From Negaprion brevirostris (taxonomy: Eukaryota), in the NCBI GenBank assembly GCA_030324005.1, contig JARDVH010000110.1, forward strand, positions 27,174,178 to 27,238,177: a stretch of DNA of 64,000 nucleotides. The letters run 5' to 3'. The notes beneath the pieces are model-generated. The model did not search any database. It had not been told where the DNA came from and saw nothing but the letters and a program-made list of their open reading frames with translations. Position numbers and translations under genes: made by a program. Positions 25,701 to 38,129 of the stretch are shown piece by piece; within the stretch, counting starts at the first letter, position 1, and each line of letters opens with the position of its first letter.

Positions 25701-28700
25701 GTTGAAAAAAATATATATGCTGTAGTGGGAAGTACGTTTCAAGGGCTCGACAGTCTTAAGAAAACCTTCGTCAATGGTCAGGTGCGATTGGTTCAGTTTT
25801 ATTGCACTAATCACCTGTGTTTTCAGATACCAATATGCAACAGGATTATTCAGTCAATGCAAATGGTAAAACGACTCCAGTATCTGAGAGTAGGACAACT
25901 GAGAGTTTAAAACATGCTGACCCTCCATTGATTTAAGCGACAAGTCCATTAATGAGAACAGTTTCTCGATTCTAATGTTCGACAACGGGACATTGTTGTC
26001 ACGCAGCTATCAGTTTTAATAGCATTTTTAATTAAGCACGCCTAATTAATGCTGAGTTTATTTGTGCAGGTGAATACACCACATAGAGGAAGGAACAAAT
26101 CTTGTTGAAACTTTGTAATTAGGCGGATAGAGACACAGAATAGTGGAAATGGTGTCATTCCTCTGTGTGATATGGATTCCAGAGCCTCATGTTTAATAGG
26201 TAAATCAATAAATACTAGGGAGTATTCCAGTAAAGATATCAGTTAGACAGAACAGTTTTATTTGAAAATATGTCAGCGATTTTTTTGTGAGAGCCTTAAT
26301 GGTCAGTGCAAGTCAAAGTGAAGTGGTCTTTTCGAATGGCAAACTCTTTTAAAAACGAAAATGTGAATAACTAGACACGCATCTTTAAACATGAGTGAGG
26401 GACTGGAACAGCATATGACTGTGACTTTAGCCAGCAGGGCCGGTGAATTTTGGAACCACTGTCGAAATAGGGCTCAGAGATTCGCGTGCGAGACATTGCA
26501 ACCTCAAACCCAGACATTTGATTTCAAGTGGTCAATCACAAAATAAAAGCCTCTCATTTATCGAACGCACCTATTCATAGATGTTCCATTTTTTGAACCC
26601 AGTGATGCTGAGATTTGTTGTTACAAATTGTTTGTAGCCAGGGTTTTTTTTTGTAAACAATCTCAAAAGGTTACGGTAGAATTTCAAAAGGTGTTCAAAA
26701 GAGATATTGGAATAGCCGTGGAGGTGGGTTGCGGTTTGATTTTAATCGCAGTTACTTAATTACTATAGAAATACCTGGCGCAGTTTATTTCACTCTCACA
26801 AATACAAACCGCCGCATCCTTAAAAAGTCACAGTATTTGTCACGTTCCAACAAAAAAACACACTTTTTGAAGAATTTTTGAAGGGTTTCCATTAATTCCA
26901 TCTTCGACATTACATCGGTGAGATGGAGTCGGACTCTGGATTTGCGTTGGAATTATTTTGTTTAACTTTAACAAGGCTTTTTAATATTCCGCAGCAACAC
27001 CTGTTATCGACTCTTCTAATACATCTCACTGGTTGCAAGATACAACTGGTATCTTTGCATGCTTTTACATTCGATATCACATACTTCATAAATAATCGGT
27101 ACGGGGAAGATACAGATTTAACTTTATTAAAGAAATATAAGTCTCGATTCTGAATCTTTTTCATGTTACTTGTCCGATATTGCACTGAGGATAATTGCAC
27201 TCAATGCCGAGAGGCCCATGAAGCCACAAGACTGGAGGGCAATTTATCAGTTAACAAAGATTTCACTTAGACAGTGCCCTCACATTGCCTGATTGATTGT
27301 CATTATAGTTACCACATTTCTTTTAGCAAGGTGTATATAAATAATATTTTGTGGCAATAGAAATAATCTTAATTGATACCAACTAGTTTAACTATTGGAC
27401 TCTCGTTTATCCTGTTATCGAACATATAATATCAAACTAAATTGTTCTCATCACTTTGGGAAATGTTGGTTTTGACAGAGATTTGATAGTTTGAATACAT
27501 TCATTTAACATTGCTTTAAAAATTCCATCTGTACATATGAGACAAGGATATCGTTTCTTGTCCGGATGAAGAAAAACACCTTTCACCAAACTTAACCATT
27601 TGACAAAATACTTTTCTAAAAACACACTCAAGGATAATTTATTTTACAGTTGGACATGAATCGGGGAGACATTTTCGTGACGTTTTGGACACATTCTCAG
27701 CACCCAAAGCAAATGGAAATCCAGTCACTCCGGTGTTAGCTGAGGGGCCGAATTGTCCATTTGTGACGGCTTTTTCTAAACCCTTCCTCTGTTCATCTTT
27801 GCGAAGCCGCTTCCCAGTCCGTCCGCTCAGTATGTTTTGACCTCTTGACATTCAATTGAAAGAAAAGAGGAGTTTGGAATCCAACTGCTAGGGAGCAGGT
27901 TGAGGGCGCATTCACTATTTTACCACAGCCACAGCGTGAAGCAGCCAACTCGGGTTCACACTGAGTTGCTCTTACAGTGCGTGTCCACTGCCGCCCAAAT
28001 CCCGTAAGCAGGGCCCCGAGGGCAGGGGGTGGGGGAGCGAGCTATTCTCATTGGGCTGGCTTGGGGAGTCGGCTCCATTCCCCAGTATCCGATTTGTACT
28101 AGTTTACTACAGTGCCAAGCCAAAGTCAACCAGTTCTACATTTATATTGTAATCGCTGAAGCNNNNNNNNNNNNNNNNNNNNNNNNNNNNNNNNNNNNNN
28201 NNNNNNNNNNNNNNNNNNNNNNNNNNNNNNNNNNNNNNNNNNNNNNNNNNNNNNNNNNNNNNGAAGCACGGTGCTTAGGAATGTACCCGGCAAGATACTA
28301 CTGGGTGTTGGCGGGGTCAAGGTCGCATTCCCAGTACACCGGGACTCAGATTCCTAATCTGAAGATTTATTTTGCTAACGGCATTTCACAACCAAAAAAA
28401 CAAAAAAAAAACCCTTTTTATATTGCACTTGTAATTATTACCGTGATTGGGTCAATCGATATTTATTCATTGACCTTTAAGTGCAGATTCATTTACAAGA
28501 TTATTATCACGTACAAACGAGAGCCAGAATAGAAGTTTTAAAGGTCCCATTCACAAGTCAACCGGAGTAAAATGTGCAACAATAACCCAGCTTTCAACTT
28601 TTAACGCAATGAATGCCACGGCACTTTCAACGCCAATTTCGATGTTAATCATCAGGGTTTATAGGTGGGTGCAGGTTAATGCTGCCACTTGCTAAATCCG

Positions 28701-30294
28701 AAGGGAGACGAGTTTGATTGAATAACGAGCGTTCAATGGACAGTGTGAGCAGCGCTGTGCTGGAGAGTGGGGCGAATGTATCACATGTCCGCTTTCGTTT
28801 GCAATTCGGAACTGCTTTACAATTCGGCCTTTATTTCAGTGTGATCATTTATCAAGACTGTTGTTTCAAACTAGTTTATTGTAACTCGCACGGAACTCAG
28901 TTTCCTTATTTCTGTGCATACTCCAGAACCACAGAATAGCACTGACGCTGTGATAAGTAGAGTTTCACTAACATGTGTGATGTATGGACTAAAATGCGTG
29001 TTCTGTCCTATGGGGAACAACCGAGAGGCCTGAGTTACACGGGTTATTTTTGGAACTGCGTTTAACACTGTCAGTAACAAACATCGTCCCCGGATTGCTG
29101 CACACATTTTCTGGAGTTAAGTGGAGCCGACAAAGCGTCCTCTTGTGGCACAGCGCAGAGAGCGGTATGTCCATCCGGCACCGTTTGAATTTAGCACAGA
29201 CTCCCCCCTTGAGAAGAGCTGGAGAATCCATGCATTCTGTACTTGTAAAGTACAGGCTGTCTGCCTTCCCGGAGTGTGGTCTCCTTCGCCGCTCTCTCTT
29301 CCTCTCTCTTGGGCACTTGGGAACGCTTGAAGCAAACAGGATACCGCGTTGATACATTGCAACGTTTGTTTTTAAAACCGGGAGCGAGCACCTCCTAAAA
29401 ATATGACTGTCGGACACAGTGGAAACCTGTGCTATCCCCGTACTCGGATGGGGCACAAATGTTATTTACTACAGCACTGGAGCATCCTTTGATGGCGGTG
29501 TCAGTACAGGCTTTGGATCGCATATTGTTCTGGATAGCTGACATCTATGTTATGCTGAATGTTAGACTGCAGTATATTTTTCAGACAACCTTTTCAGAAA
29601 TGGGGAGCAATACAGGAAGCGAAAGGTGGCGGAACATCAGGTTTGTCAAAGCCCAGTATATTAGATTCAGTGTAACTCCAATGTGTCTCTTACTTGGGTA
29701 CATTCCAAAGCATATTGGGTCCTGACTCCACAATTGCTCTGCTGACTTCTCTACTTTGGCCTGAGAGTGATAATATCAGACAGCCTTTAGACTTGATGAC
29801 TGTACTTGTACACATAATAGTTTATTTAATTATTATAGTCTCATTCATATGAATAGCTTTCTTTTATTTTGACACAGAATTTTTCCGATTTAAATTTAGC
29901 ACGTCCCAAATTGTACTTTCGATTTTGAAGCTGTATTCTGTTACTGCAGGAGAAGCAGCACAATTCGAATGAACCTGATCGTAACTACTTTTGTTCAGCA
30001 TTTAGGTTATTGCAGACCACGTTATTAGGACTCGTGGTACTTTCGTAAACTGATATGAGATGCAAGTGGACAGATTTCAACTGTTCTTCTTACAATTTCA
30101 TTCAGTAGGGTGATTNNNNNNNNNNGCTAACCTGCCTGCTTCCACTATACTGCCATCACAGGAAGGTTTACTCAAGGGAAGGTTACACAATCATGGGTGA
30201 TTTCGACGAGAGGTATAGATCATTACTCATGTAACTATACATTGCAAAATTAAAGTCAAGTTAGCATTTTTTTAAACTTTAACGCGACGAGAAA

Positions 30295-30920
30295 TTGGAC
30301 TGGACAAGCCAAATAAATAGTATGGTTGCAAGAGCAAGTTAGAAGCTGGGAATTCTGCAGCGAGTAACTCATCTCCTGACTCCCCAAAGCCCGTTCCACC
30401 ATCCATAAGGCACACGTTAAGAGATGGAATACTCTCCTCTTGCCTGGATGAGTGCAGCTCTAATAATGCAAGAAGCTTGGTACCATCCAGGACAAAGCAA
30501 CTCACTTAATTGCTACCCCATCCACAAGCATTCAAGCCCTCCACCACACAGTGGCAGCAAGTGTGTACCATCTACAGGATGCATTGCAGGAACTCAGCAA
30601 GTAGGTAGCATCTTCCAAACTCACATCCTCTACCACCCAGAAGGACAAGAGCAGCAGAAACATGGGAACTCCATCACCTGGAAGTTCTCCTCCAGGTCAC
30701 TCACCAACCTGAATTGGAAATTTATTGCAGCTCCTTCATTGTCACTGGGTCAAAATCCTGGAACTCTCTTCCGAACCGAACTGCCAGTACACTTACACCA
30801 CAAGGACTGCAGTGGTTCAGGAAGGCAGCCTACCATCTTCTTAAGGGCAATTATGGATGGGCAATAAATGCTGGCCTCACCAGTAATGTCTACATCCTAG
30901 GAAATAAATAATTAAAAAAT
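30295..30920 (+). mobile_element. CR1-group LINE 3' end (probable partner of SINE family C)
   Basis: Decayed ORF2 (MEYSPLAWMSAA; KSWNSLPN...GLQWFRKAAYHLLKGN) and tail GGGCAATTATGGATGGGCAATAAATGCTGGCC. Confidence 0.85.
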
Positions 30921-31810
30921 ACCCCCTTGTTCTCTGAAGGTTTGGACTCCTGACTGAGATACAATGCCAAGGTACCAATCGTTCTCGAGCACATTGCCCA
31001 CAATCACTTTTCACTCTGTGTTTCATTAGAATGCAAAATATTCAATGATGGAGATCATCATAGTTGGGCAAAGTACTCCTCAAACCTGGCACCTCCACAG
31101 CTAAGTTGTGAAGGTCTTTCACTTTCTGGTAGCAACACAGGAAATAGAAATTTGAAGTTAGGAACCCAGCTGATTTTCTCCTAGATATTTCTGGGCCACA
31201 AAGCTCAACTCTAAAACTTCAACCTCTACTCCGAAAAGAATCCATCACTTTGCTGGTGCTGGCTGCTCTGCTCCATAAGGTTAACTATCACATTGGATGA
31301 CTCCCTTATTCTTGGTATAATTGCGAATAGAGAAATATTTTACTATCTTTTTAAAAGCATTAAAAATATACACTGTGACCTCTCCAGTTTGGAAATCTAT
31401 CGTTTGGAAACACCATTTGTCCAGAAATAATTCATCAGTAATATTTTAATACAGTTGGAATTGTTAAAAGTTTTATTACTCCTTTATATTTTAGCACTTT
31501 CACATTTAAGGTAAATATTTCTATGTACAACAGCAGTGTAGCGGGAAACTATGAGATGCGGAAGCTCTAGAAATTGTGTTGGTCATATTATTNNNNNNNN
31601 NNNNNNNNNNNNNNNNNNNNNNNNNNNNNNNNNNNNNNNNNNNNNNNNNNNNNNNNNNNNNNNNNNNNNNNNNNNNNNNNNNNNNNNNNNNNNNNNNNNN
31701 NNNNNNNNNNNNNNNNNNNNNNNNNNNNNNNNNNNNNNNNNNNNNNNNNNNNNNNNNNNNNNNNNNNNNNNNNNNNNNNNNNNNNNNNNNNNNNNNNNNN
31801 NNNNNNNNNN

Positions 31811-32340
31811 TGCCAAAATTCTCTCTCTCTCCAATTCCATACTCTCTCTCCCCTCTACAGTCTCACTCTTCATCCAACACATGCTATCTCCTTGACAATG
31901 TTGTCTGTTCCCCAATCACTCTGTCCCCTCCACATGCTCTGTCCCCCAGCTGCTCACACTCACTCTGCCAATCACTCACACTTGCTCTCCACCACACTGT
32001 ACCTCTCCCTGCCACTCTCTCTGCCCCCAACTCACACTCACTCTCTGCCAGTCACACACTCACTATCACACTTTCTCTTTTCTCCCTCACCAGTCACACC
32101 TTCGCTTTTATTACCCTCCAGTCTCTCCAAACCCCTTACACTCTCTCTTCCTTGCCTTTCCACACTCTCTAACAACCTCCCAAACTCTCTCTCCAAAACC
32201 CTCCCACATTCTCTCTCCCACACCTTCCCACACTCTTACCCCTTTCCTCTTACTCTCTCTCCCCTATCCCCTCATAAACTTTCCCGCACTCTTCCATATT
32301 TTCCTCTAAAGCCCTCTCACACAATCTCCAGTCACTGTTG
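31811..32340. repeat. CT/CA-rich low-complexity tract
   Basis: CTCTCT/CACACT-dominated and G-poor; explains the spurious ORFs here. Confidence 0.85.
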
Positions 32341-32349
32341 AATTCATAC

Positions 32350-32680
32350 ACCAGTGACCTCCACTGCTGTAGCTGCCTTTCGTGGGCCCACATCAGCTCT
32401 CCAGCTACCTCCCCTTGACCTCAACACTGCCTCTCTAGCTGCCTCATCTGGGCCCCACACCACGACTCCAGTTACTTCATTTGGGCCTCACCCTGTCGCT
32501 CCAACTGCCTTCCTAGACCCCACACTGTCTCACCATCTTCCTCATGTGGGCCCCACATTGCCTCTCCAGTTGCCTAGTCTGAGCCCCACATTGCTTCTCC
32601 AGTTAACTCACCTTGGGCCCTCACCACCTCTCCAGTGGCCTCACCTGGGCTCCACACTGTCATTCCAGTTGCCTTGCACG
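32350..32680. repeat. Degenerate ~33-bp minisatellite, about 10 units
   Basis: Unit approximates CTGGGCCCCACACTGCCTCTCCAGTTGCCTCAC. GGGCCCCA-like anchors recur about every 33 bp. Confidence 0.8.
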
Positions 32681-33398
32681 CCAGGCCCTGAGACTTACCT
32701 TCAAAAATTACATTCCCACTTTTTGCTGCATGATCAATCGCAAGGTAGTTTCTCTCTGATTTGTTGTCAATAGGCTCACTAGTGCAGGGGTGAACTGGCT
32801 ATGATTGGATCTGAGCAGCTTCACAGCATTTTCCAAACATCAGTCATTTGAACATTTAGGTTTGGCAGGCCACATTGAGTTTACAAATCTGCTTGAAATT
32901 GAAAGTGTTCGAATGGTATTCCAGTGCACTTTGGCAGCACCACACCACTGATCTACAATATTTTCTGATTCACACATTTGTGTTTGGAATTCTAATGTCC
33001 CTCTATAATCCAGAGATTTCCAAATTCAAAAAATGACTTGCTGCAAGCATTCCGAACTGAAGAGGTTACAATGCAGTTGTATATTTCTTTTCAGCCTCTC
33101 ACCTCTTTTCACTTTTTTGCTTTCCTCTTAATTCTTGAAGTTTAAAATGCAATAGGGCCTCAATTAGCCTGTGTTTGTTTCAGCTCTGTATTAGGGCAGC
33201 CCAAAATTAATCTGACTACCTCTGCAGTCTCCCTATATCCCTGTACATTTTCTACAAGTATTTACCCAATTTTTCCCTTAAAAGATACAATGGTTTCTGC
33301 CTCAGCCATTTCCTATTATAAAGAATTCCAATTTTAAAATACACTTTTTGTGAAGAAGTTTAGTGGGGCCTCAAATTGATCTCCTTGTCCGTGACTAA

Positions 33399-33739
33399 CC
33401 ATGATGTGGAGATGCCAGCGTTGGACTGGGGTAAACACAATAAGAAGTCTGACAACACCAGGTTTAAGTCCAACCGATTTATTTGATAGNNNNNNNNNNN
33501 NNNNNNNNNNNNNNNNNNNNNNNNNNNNNNNNNNNNNNNNNNNNNNNNNNNNNNNNNNNNNNNNNNNNNNNNNNNNNNNNNNNNNNNNNTGGACTGGGGT
33601 AACCACAATAAGAAGTCTGACAACACCAGGTTTAAGTCCAACCGATTTATTTGATAGTAAACGCACAAGTAAAGCTTTCCTTGTGAGTTTACTATCAAAT
33701 AAATTGGTTGGAGTTAAACCTGGTGTTGTCTGACTTCTT
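33399..33739. mobile_element. Penelope-like terminal fragment forming a hairpin
   Basis: ~60-bp inverted arms at 33610-33739, flanked by the direct repeat TGACTAACCA (33392-401, 33739-48). Family assignment is from recalled similarity. Confidence 0.65.
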
Positions 33740-33764
33740 GACTAACCAACCAGAGGAAATAATC

Positions 33765-34080
33765 GTTCCTGTCTGAGTCCTTCAAAACCCTTCATAATAT
33801 TAAAATTCTCTTAAATATTCTCAGCTTTATCTACGTAAATGCAAATAGTCCCACTGTCAATAACTTAATTTTCCCATTCCTGCTATCACCCTACCAAAAC
33901 CAAATTGGTTTTCCTGTCCTTTTTCTAATGAAACAATTGAAACTGCACACAGTCTTCAGAAATTGTGGTCTGATCAATGTTTTGGACAGAGGTTTCTTTA
34001 CTTTTCTATTCTGTATTCCTATTCATAGATTTCCAAATATTGTTTTTAATAGTATTATCTATCTGCACCTGCACTTTTAG
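33765..34080 (-). mobile_element. Highly decayed CR1 fragment
   Basis: AAACTGCACACAGTCTTC...TGTGGTCTGATCAATGTTTTG is the reverse of the CR1 L(I/V)RPHLE.CVQF region. Confidence 0.5.
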
Positions 34081-34099
34081 GGAAAGGTATATTGAAGGG

Positions 34100-34455
34100 T
34101 AAGTGGTGGCAGAGTGATAACATCACTAGACTAATAATCCAGAGGAACAGGACACAGGCTTAAATCCCACTATGGCAGCTGTTGGAGTTTAAATTCAGTT
34201 AATATTGGAATTGGAAGTCATGGTGATCACGAAAATATCATCAATTGTTGTCAAAAGCATTCGGTTCACTCATGTTGTTCAGGGAAGGAAATCTGCAATC
34301 CTTATTTGGATGTCCCACATGTGATTCCAGACCCACAGAAACGTGGTTGACTGGTAACAGCACTTTGAAATCACGTAAACCATTCAATGCAAGGATAATT
34401 AAGGATGGATAACAAATGCAGGCCTTACCAGCTACACTCACATTTCATAAAATAA
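34100..34455 (+). mobile_element. Family C SINE
   Basis: GGTTCACTCATGTTGTTCAGGGAAGGAAATCTGC...TCCAGACCCACAG...GGATGGATAACAAATGCAGGCC. Confidence 0.8.
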
Positions 34456-34559
34456 TAAAGGAAGAATCTCCAGGTCTCCTTTTCCATCTCTGCAGTTAAG
34501 AAAATGTAGCAAATGTGCCCTTCCCTTTTTTCTCCCAAAATAAATTGTCTCACACCAAT

Positions 34560-34880
34560 GGCAGTATGGTGGCATAGTGTTTAGCACTGCTGCCTCACAG
34601 CGCCAGGGACCCATGTTCAATTCCTGGCTTAGGTCACTGTCTGTGTGGCATTTCCACGTTCTCCTCATGTCAAACTGGGTTTCCTCCGGGTGCTCCGGTT
34701 TCCTCCCACACTCCAAAGATGTGTGAGTTAAGTGGATTAGCCACGATAAATTGTCCATTAGTGTCAGGGGGATTAGCAGGGTAAATATATGGGGTTATAG
34801 GGAAAAGGCCTGGGTGGGATCATTGTTGGTGCAGGCTCGATTTACTGAATGGCCTCCTTCTGTAGGGATTCTATGATTCT
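34560..34880 (+). mobile_element. HE1-like V-SINE, full-length, tail A
   Basis: Pol III A box TGGCATAGTGTT, B box GTTCAATTCC, V-domain GGGTTTCCTCCGGGTGCTCCGGTTTCCTCCCAC, tail TGAATGGCCTCCTTCTGTAGGGATTCTATGATTCT. Confidence 0.9.
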
Positions 34881-35249
34881 AATAAATGTGAAGTTGGATT
34901 TTCCAGCTGTCTAGTTATTCCTTTAATCAGTTGGAATTTTAAGCAATTTTCCTAACTGCTTATAAATACCCTAACTTTGTGATATCTTATATCCAAGGCC
35001 AAGTCATCTTGATCCATCCACTGAAGACAAACTGTGAACTCAACATTGACTTCATTATATACATCACTCCCAAGTTTTGTCGAATTCAAGTAATGCACAT
35101 TTATCAACCAATTTTATGTCAACGCTGCTACTTTCCTCATACCATCTGCTTGAACTTTTCTAAAAGGCATCTTGTGAATCACCTCACTAAAGGTCTTTAG
35201 AAAATAAGTTCCCTTCAGAAAACTCTTACCAAACTGATCAAGGCAACTT

Positions 35250-35610
35250 CTTTTATTCATTCATGGGACTTGGGCATTGCTGGCTAGCCAGCATTTATTG
35301 TGCAACCCTAACTGCTCTTGGAGACAGTTGAGAGTCAACCATATTGCTGTGCCTCTGGAGTCGCATTTAGGCCAGACCAGGTAAAGATTGAAAATTTCCT
35401 TCCCTAAAGACATTAGTGAACCAGATGGATTTTTCCGACAATTGATAATGGTTTCATGGTCATCAGTAGATTCTTAATTCCAGATATTCTTTGTTGAATT
35501 CAAATTCCACTATCTGCCATGGTGGGATTCAAACCCGGGTCCCCAGAACATTAGCTGAGTTTTTGGACTAACAGTCCAATGATAATACCATTAAAACCAT
35601 CGCCTCACCT
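35250..35610 (-). mobile_element. Family C SINE, near full-length
   Basis: tRNA-like head with GGGTTTGAATCCCACC B box; same body and tail as 9385. Confidence 0.85.
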
Positions 35611-36729
35611 TGTTTTTAATAGAACAATGCCAGCTGTCCTTGATTAATGTATACATTTCTAAATGCTCACTAACTTTAAGAATTTGGCCACAACTATCAT
35701 TTGGTTAACTGATTTATAATTATTGTGTTAATAACTGCATTAACAGTACCAGAATGAAGAAACTGAATATTTTCATTGTACAGTACCAATTTAAAATACA
35801 TATGTTGGAATTTAAATTAGTTCATTGCTGGCTCATCTTCTTGGTCTGTTAGTGACAGGTTAAAATTGATGTCATTGTCATTGATCATCCAACCAGAGGA
35901 CATAATCTTTCCATGTAGTGATTTTATTGGTCATCTTGCAAGGGAAATTTCAGATTTTATGTATTCTCATTTACCAGTATAACTGTGGCACAATATTTCA
36001 GTTTTGCCAATTATGATTTGCTTCAGGATAAAGTCCATGGGTAGGAATCTTTCACACTCTGTAGCAGCACATTGATGTAGCATGATGCAGATAATGGAAC
36101 GATGTGCAATTGACTCATCACAAAAAGGAGAATGTTAAGTTTTAAAGGTCCATCTCTCCAAAATATATTTGTTTTACTCTGCAAAGTTTTTTTTTGATAC
36201 ACCATTTCAATGAGGTGCTAGGCTAAACACAGTAAAGAAGCTATGCTTTGAATTCTCCATTACCTTACTCCTAAGGGAACATAAGAAAATACATGGAATG
36301 ATTTTTTGTAAACCCAAAAACTGTATTTATAATTTCACAAAACATTGCATATAGAGGAATTATCAACCTCTGTCTTCATTTGTTTCTTGTCTAACTCAAT
36401 TTCAGTTGACTACTTTGCTATAGGTTTTAATTTCTGCCCTGTTCTCAAGGTTCCAACCTCAAAAGTGAGATATCTCCTTTCAAAGACAGCTGTTGTAACA
36501 CTGCATTAATTGTTAACAGCATCACGCAGACACAAACATTACTGCTTTGGAAAATCGTATATTTAAAAATCTACTAATTTATATAAAGAACAGTGGATAT
36601 ATGGGCAAGACTAAGAAGATTAATTNNNNNNNNNNNNNNNNNNNNNNNNNNNNNNNNNNNNNNNNNNNNNNNNNNNNNNNNNNNNNNNNNNNNNNNNNNN
36701 NNNNNNNNNNNNNNNNNNNNNNNNNGAAA

Positions 36730-37700
36730 CACATTTCCATCTTGCATTCATCAAGGACAATTGCAAGAATACCAATGTCAAGAGAAACAATAATTTTACA
36801 CTTGAATGAGAAGAGGACGGCAATTGGCTAGTAAATGGACTCTGATGGAAACACTGCTATGGAGATGGTATATGACAGTTAACTACCTAGCATTGTTTGA
36901 AATTTAAACTAGGCAGCTTGACTTTGACTGGTCAAGGCATTGCCCTGTGGAATGAACCAATAAATGGCTATCACTTTATTTTATTTAGCTGGAACAGATG
37001 CAATGTATGTTCATAAGAATAGAAGCAAAATGATGGAAATCTGAAATAAAAACAGAAAATGCTGAAAAGGCTCAGCATATCTGGCAGCATCTGTGGAGAG
37101 AGAAACAGAGAAAATGCTTTGAGTTTGTATGACTCTTCTTCAGAGCAACAATCGTACGGACAGGATTTTACAGCCTCGATCGACCTGAGACTGGAAAATC
37201 CCGCCCAAGGTCAATGGACATTTCTATTGTCCGCCCCTTGCCCACTCTGATACCATGGCAGGTGGAGTGGCAGAATTTCAGTGTACAAGTTCTTTCTATC
37301 TGCTCTGTCCAAACTTTGTAATAATAACTTTGTCTAATTACTTACAATATATGTAAGGGCTGAATGGCCTACCCCTGCTTCTGTTTCCTATTTATATTTC
37401 TATGTATGTTCATGTTTAGTTACCATTACATAAATGTATAGAACTGATCAATCCATAAGTTTCTAAAGCTTAATGGTATTATTATATGTGACTTCCTGTA
37501 CAAGAAAATGGACTGCACTATAAGCACGACTGACAATCTTTAGTTGATTGTAAGCATAATTTTTAGCACTCTGTAGATTATTTAGTAAATGTTGTCCAAT
37601 TGCAGAATCACATCTATTGTTGGACACTCAGATTTATGCTTTGCAAACCTGGGCAAACTTGGGTACAATCTGTACTTTGCCCATTGTGAACAGTGGAAGT
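36730..37700 (-). mobile_element. Penelope-like element 3' part (GIY-YIG C-terminus and UTR), with nested inserts
   Basis: 37480-37630 on the minus strand reads VSNNRCDSAIGQHLLNNLQSAKNYAYNQLKIVSRAYSAVHFLVQEVTY. The SAI..H and E..Y pattern matches Penelope GIY-YIG endonucleases. Confidence 0.7.
37158..37283. mobile_element. Harbinger-type MITE
   Basis: GGACAGGATTTTAC start and decayed right TIR, with TAC on both flanks. Homologous to 38872, 55612 and 60602. Confidence 0.65.
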
Positions 37701-38129
37701 AATGTGTTACACGGAACAACACGGCTCTCGTGGGCATTTCTGGCAGGGCTTGGTGTTGGAGGGTGGGTAGAAGATGGGAGTAGACAAGGCAGGGTGGATG
37801 GAAAACACAGGAACAAGGAAGATCCTGGAGGGTTTGGGGTACTCTGATGGGTTTCCAAACATGGGGCAACCACTAGCCCAGCCACTAGATTGCCAGCTTT
37901 TTCCTACTGACCTGGACAACTGGCGTGAGCCTCTCCTGCTGCTGGAAATATTCCAGTAGCAGCAGGCGTAAGGCCTTAATTGCCATGAATTTGGCACTTA
38001 TGGGCTTCAGTTGGCCCACAGGTGTGTGAACTGATAAATGTTACTCCACAAGGGATAAAATACTAAAAAGGATGGGCAAATAATGGATATGGTGCACTTA
38101 GTGACCTACATTGGCTGTTCCCTACTGAT

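Noticed and set aside
28989-29456. Overlapping 66-155 aa ORFs in the distal CpG cluster
   Set aside because: No domain or splice structure is recognisable; such ORFs are expected by chance in GC-richer DNA.
32350-32680. CRISPR-like periodicity
   Set aside because: Eukaryotic context, degenerate head-to-tail units with no unique spacers, and no cas genes.
33422-33658. Tandem duplication of ~68 bp on both sides of a 100-N gap
   Set aside because: Near-identical sequence flanking a placeholder gap is most likely an unmerged contig overlap.
34560-34630. tRNA gene-like A/B boxes (also ~60160-60230)
   Set aside because: These are SINE heads. There is no complete cloverleaf, and the 34560 copy continues into a SINE body.
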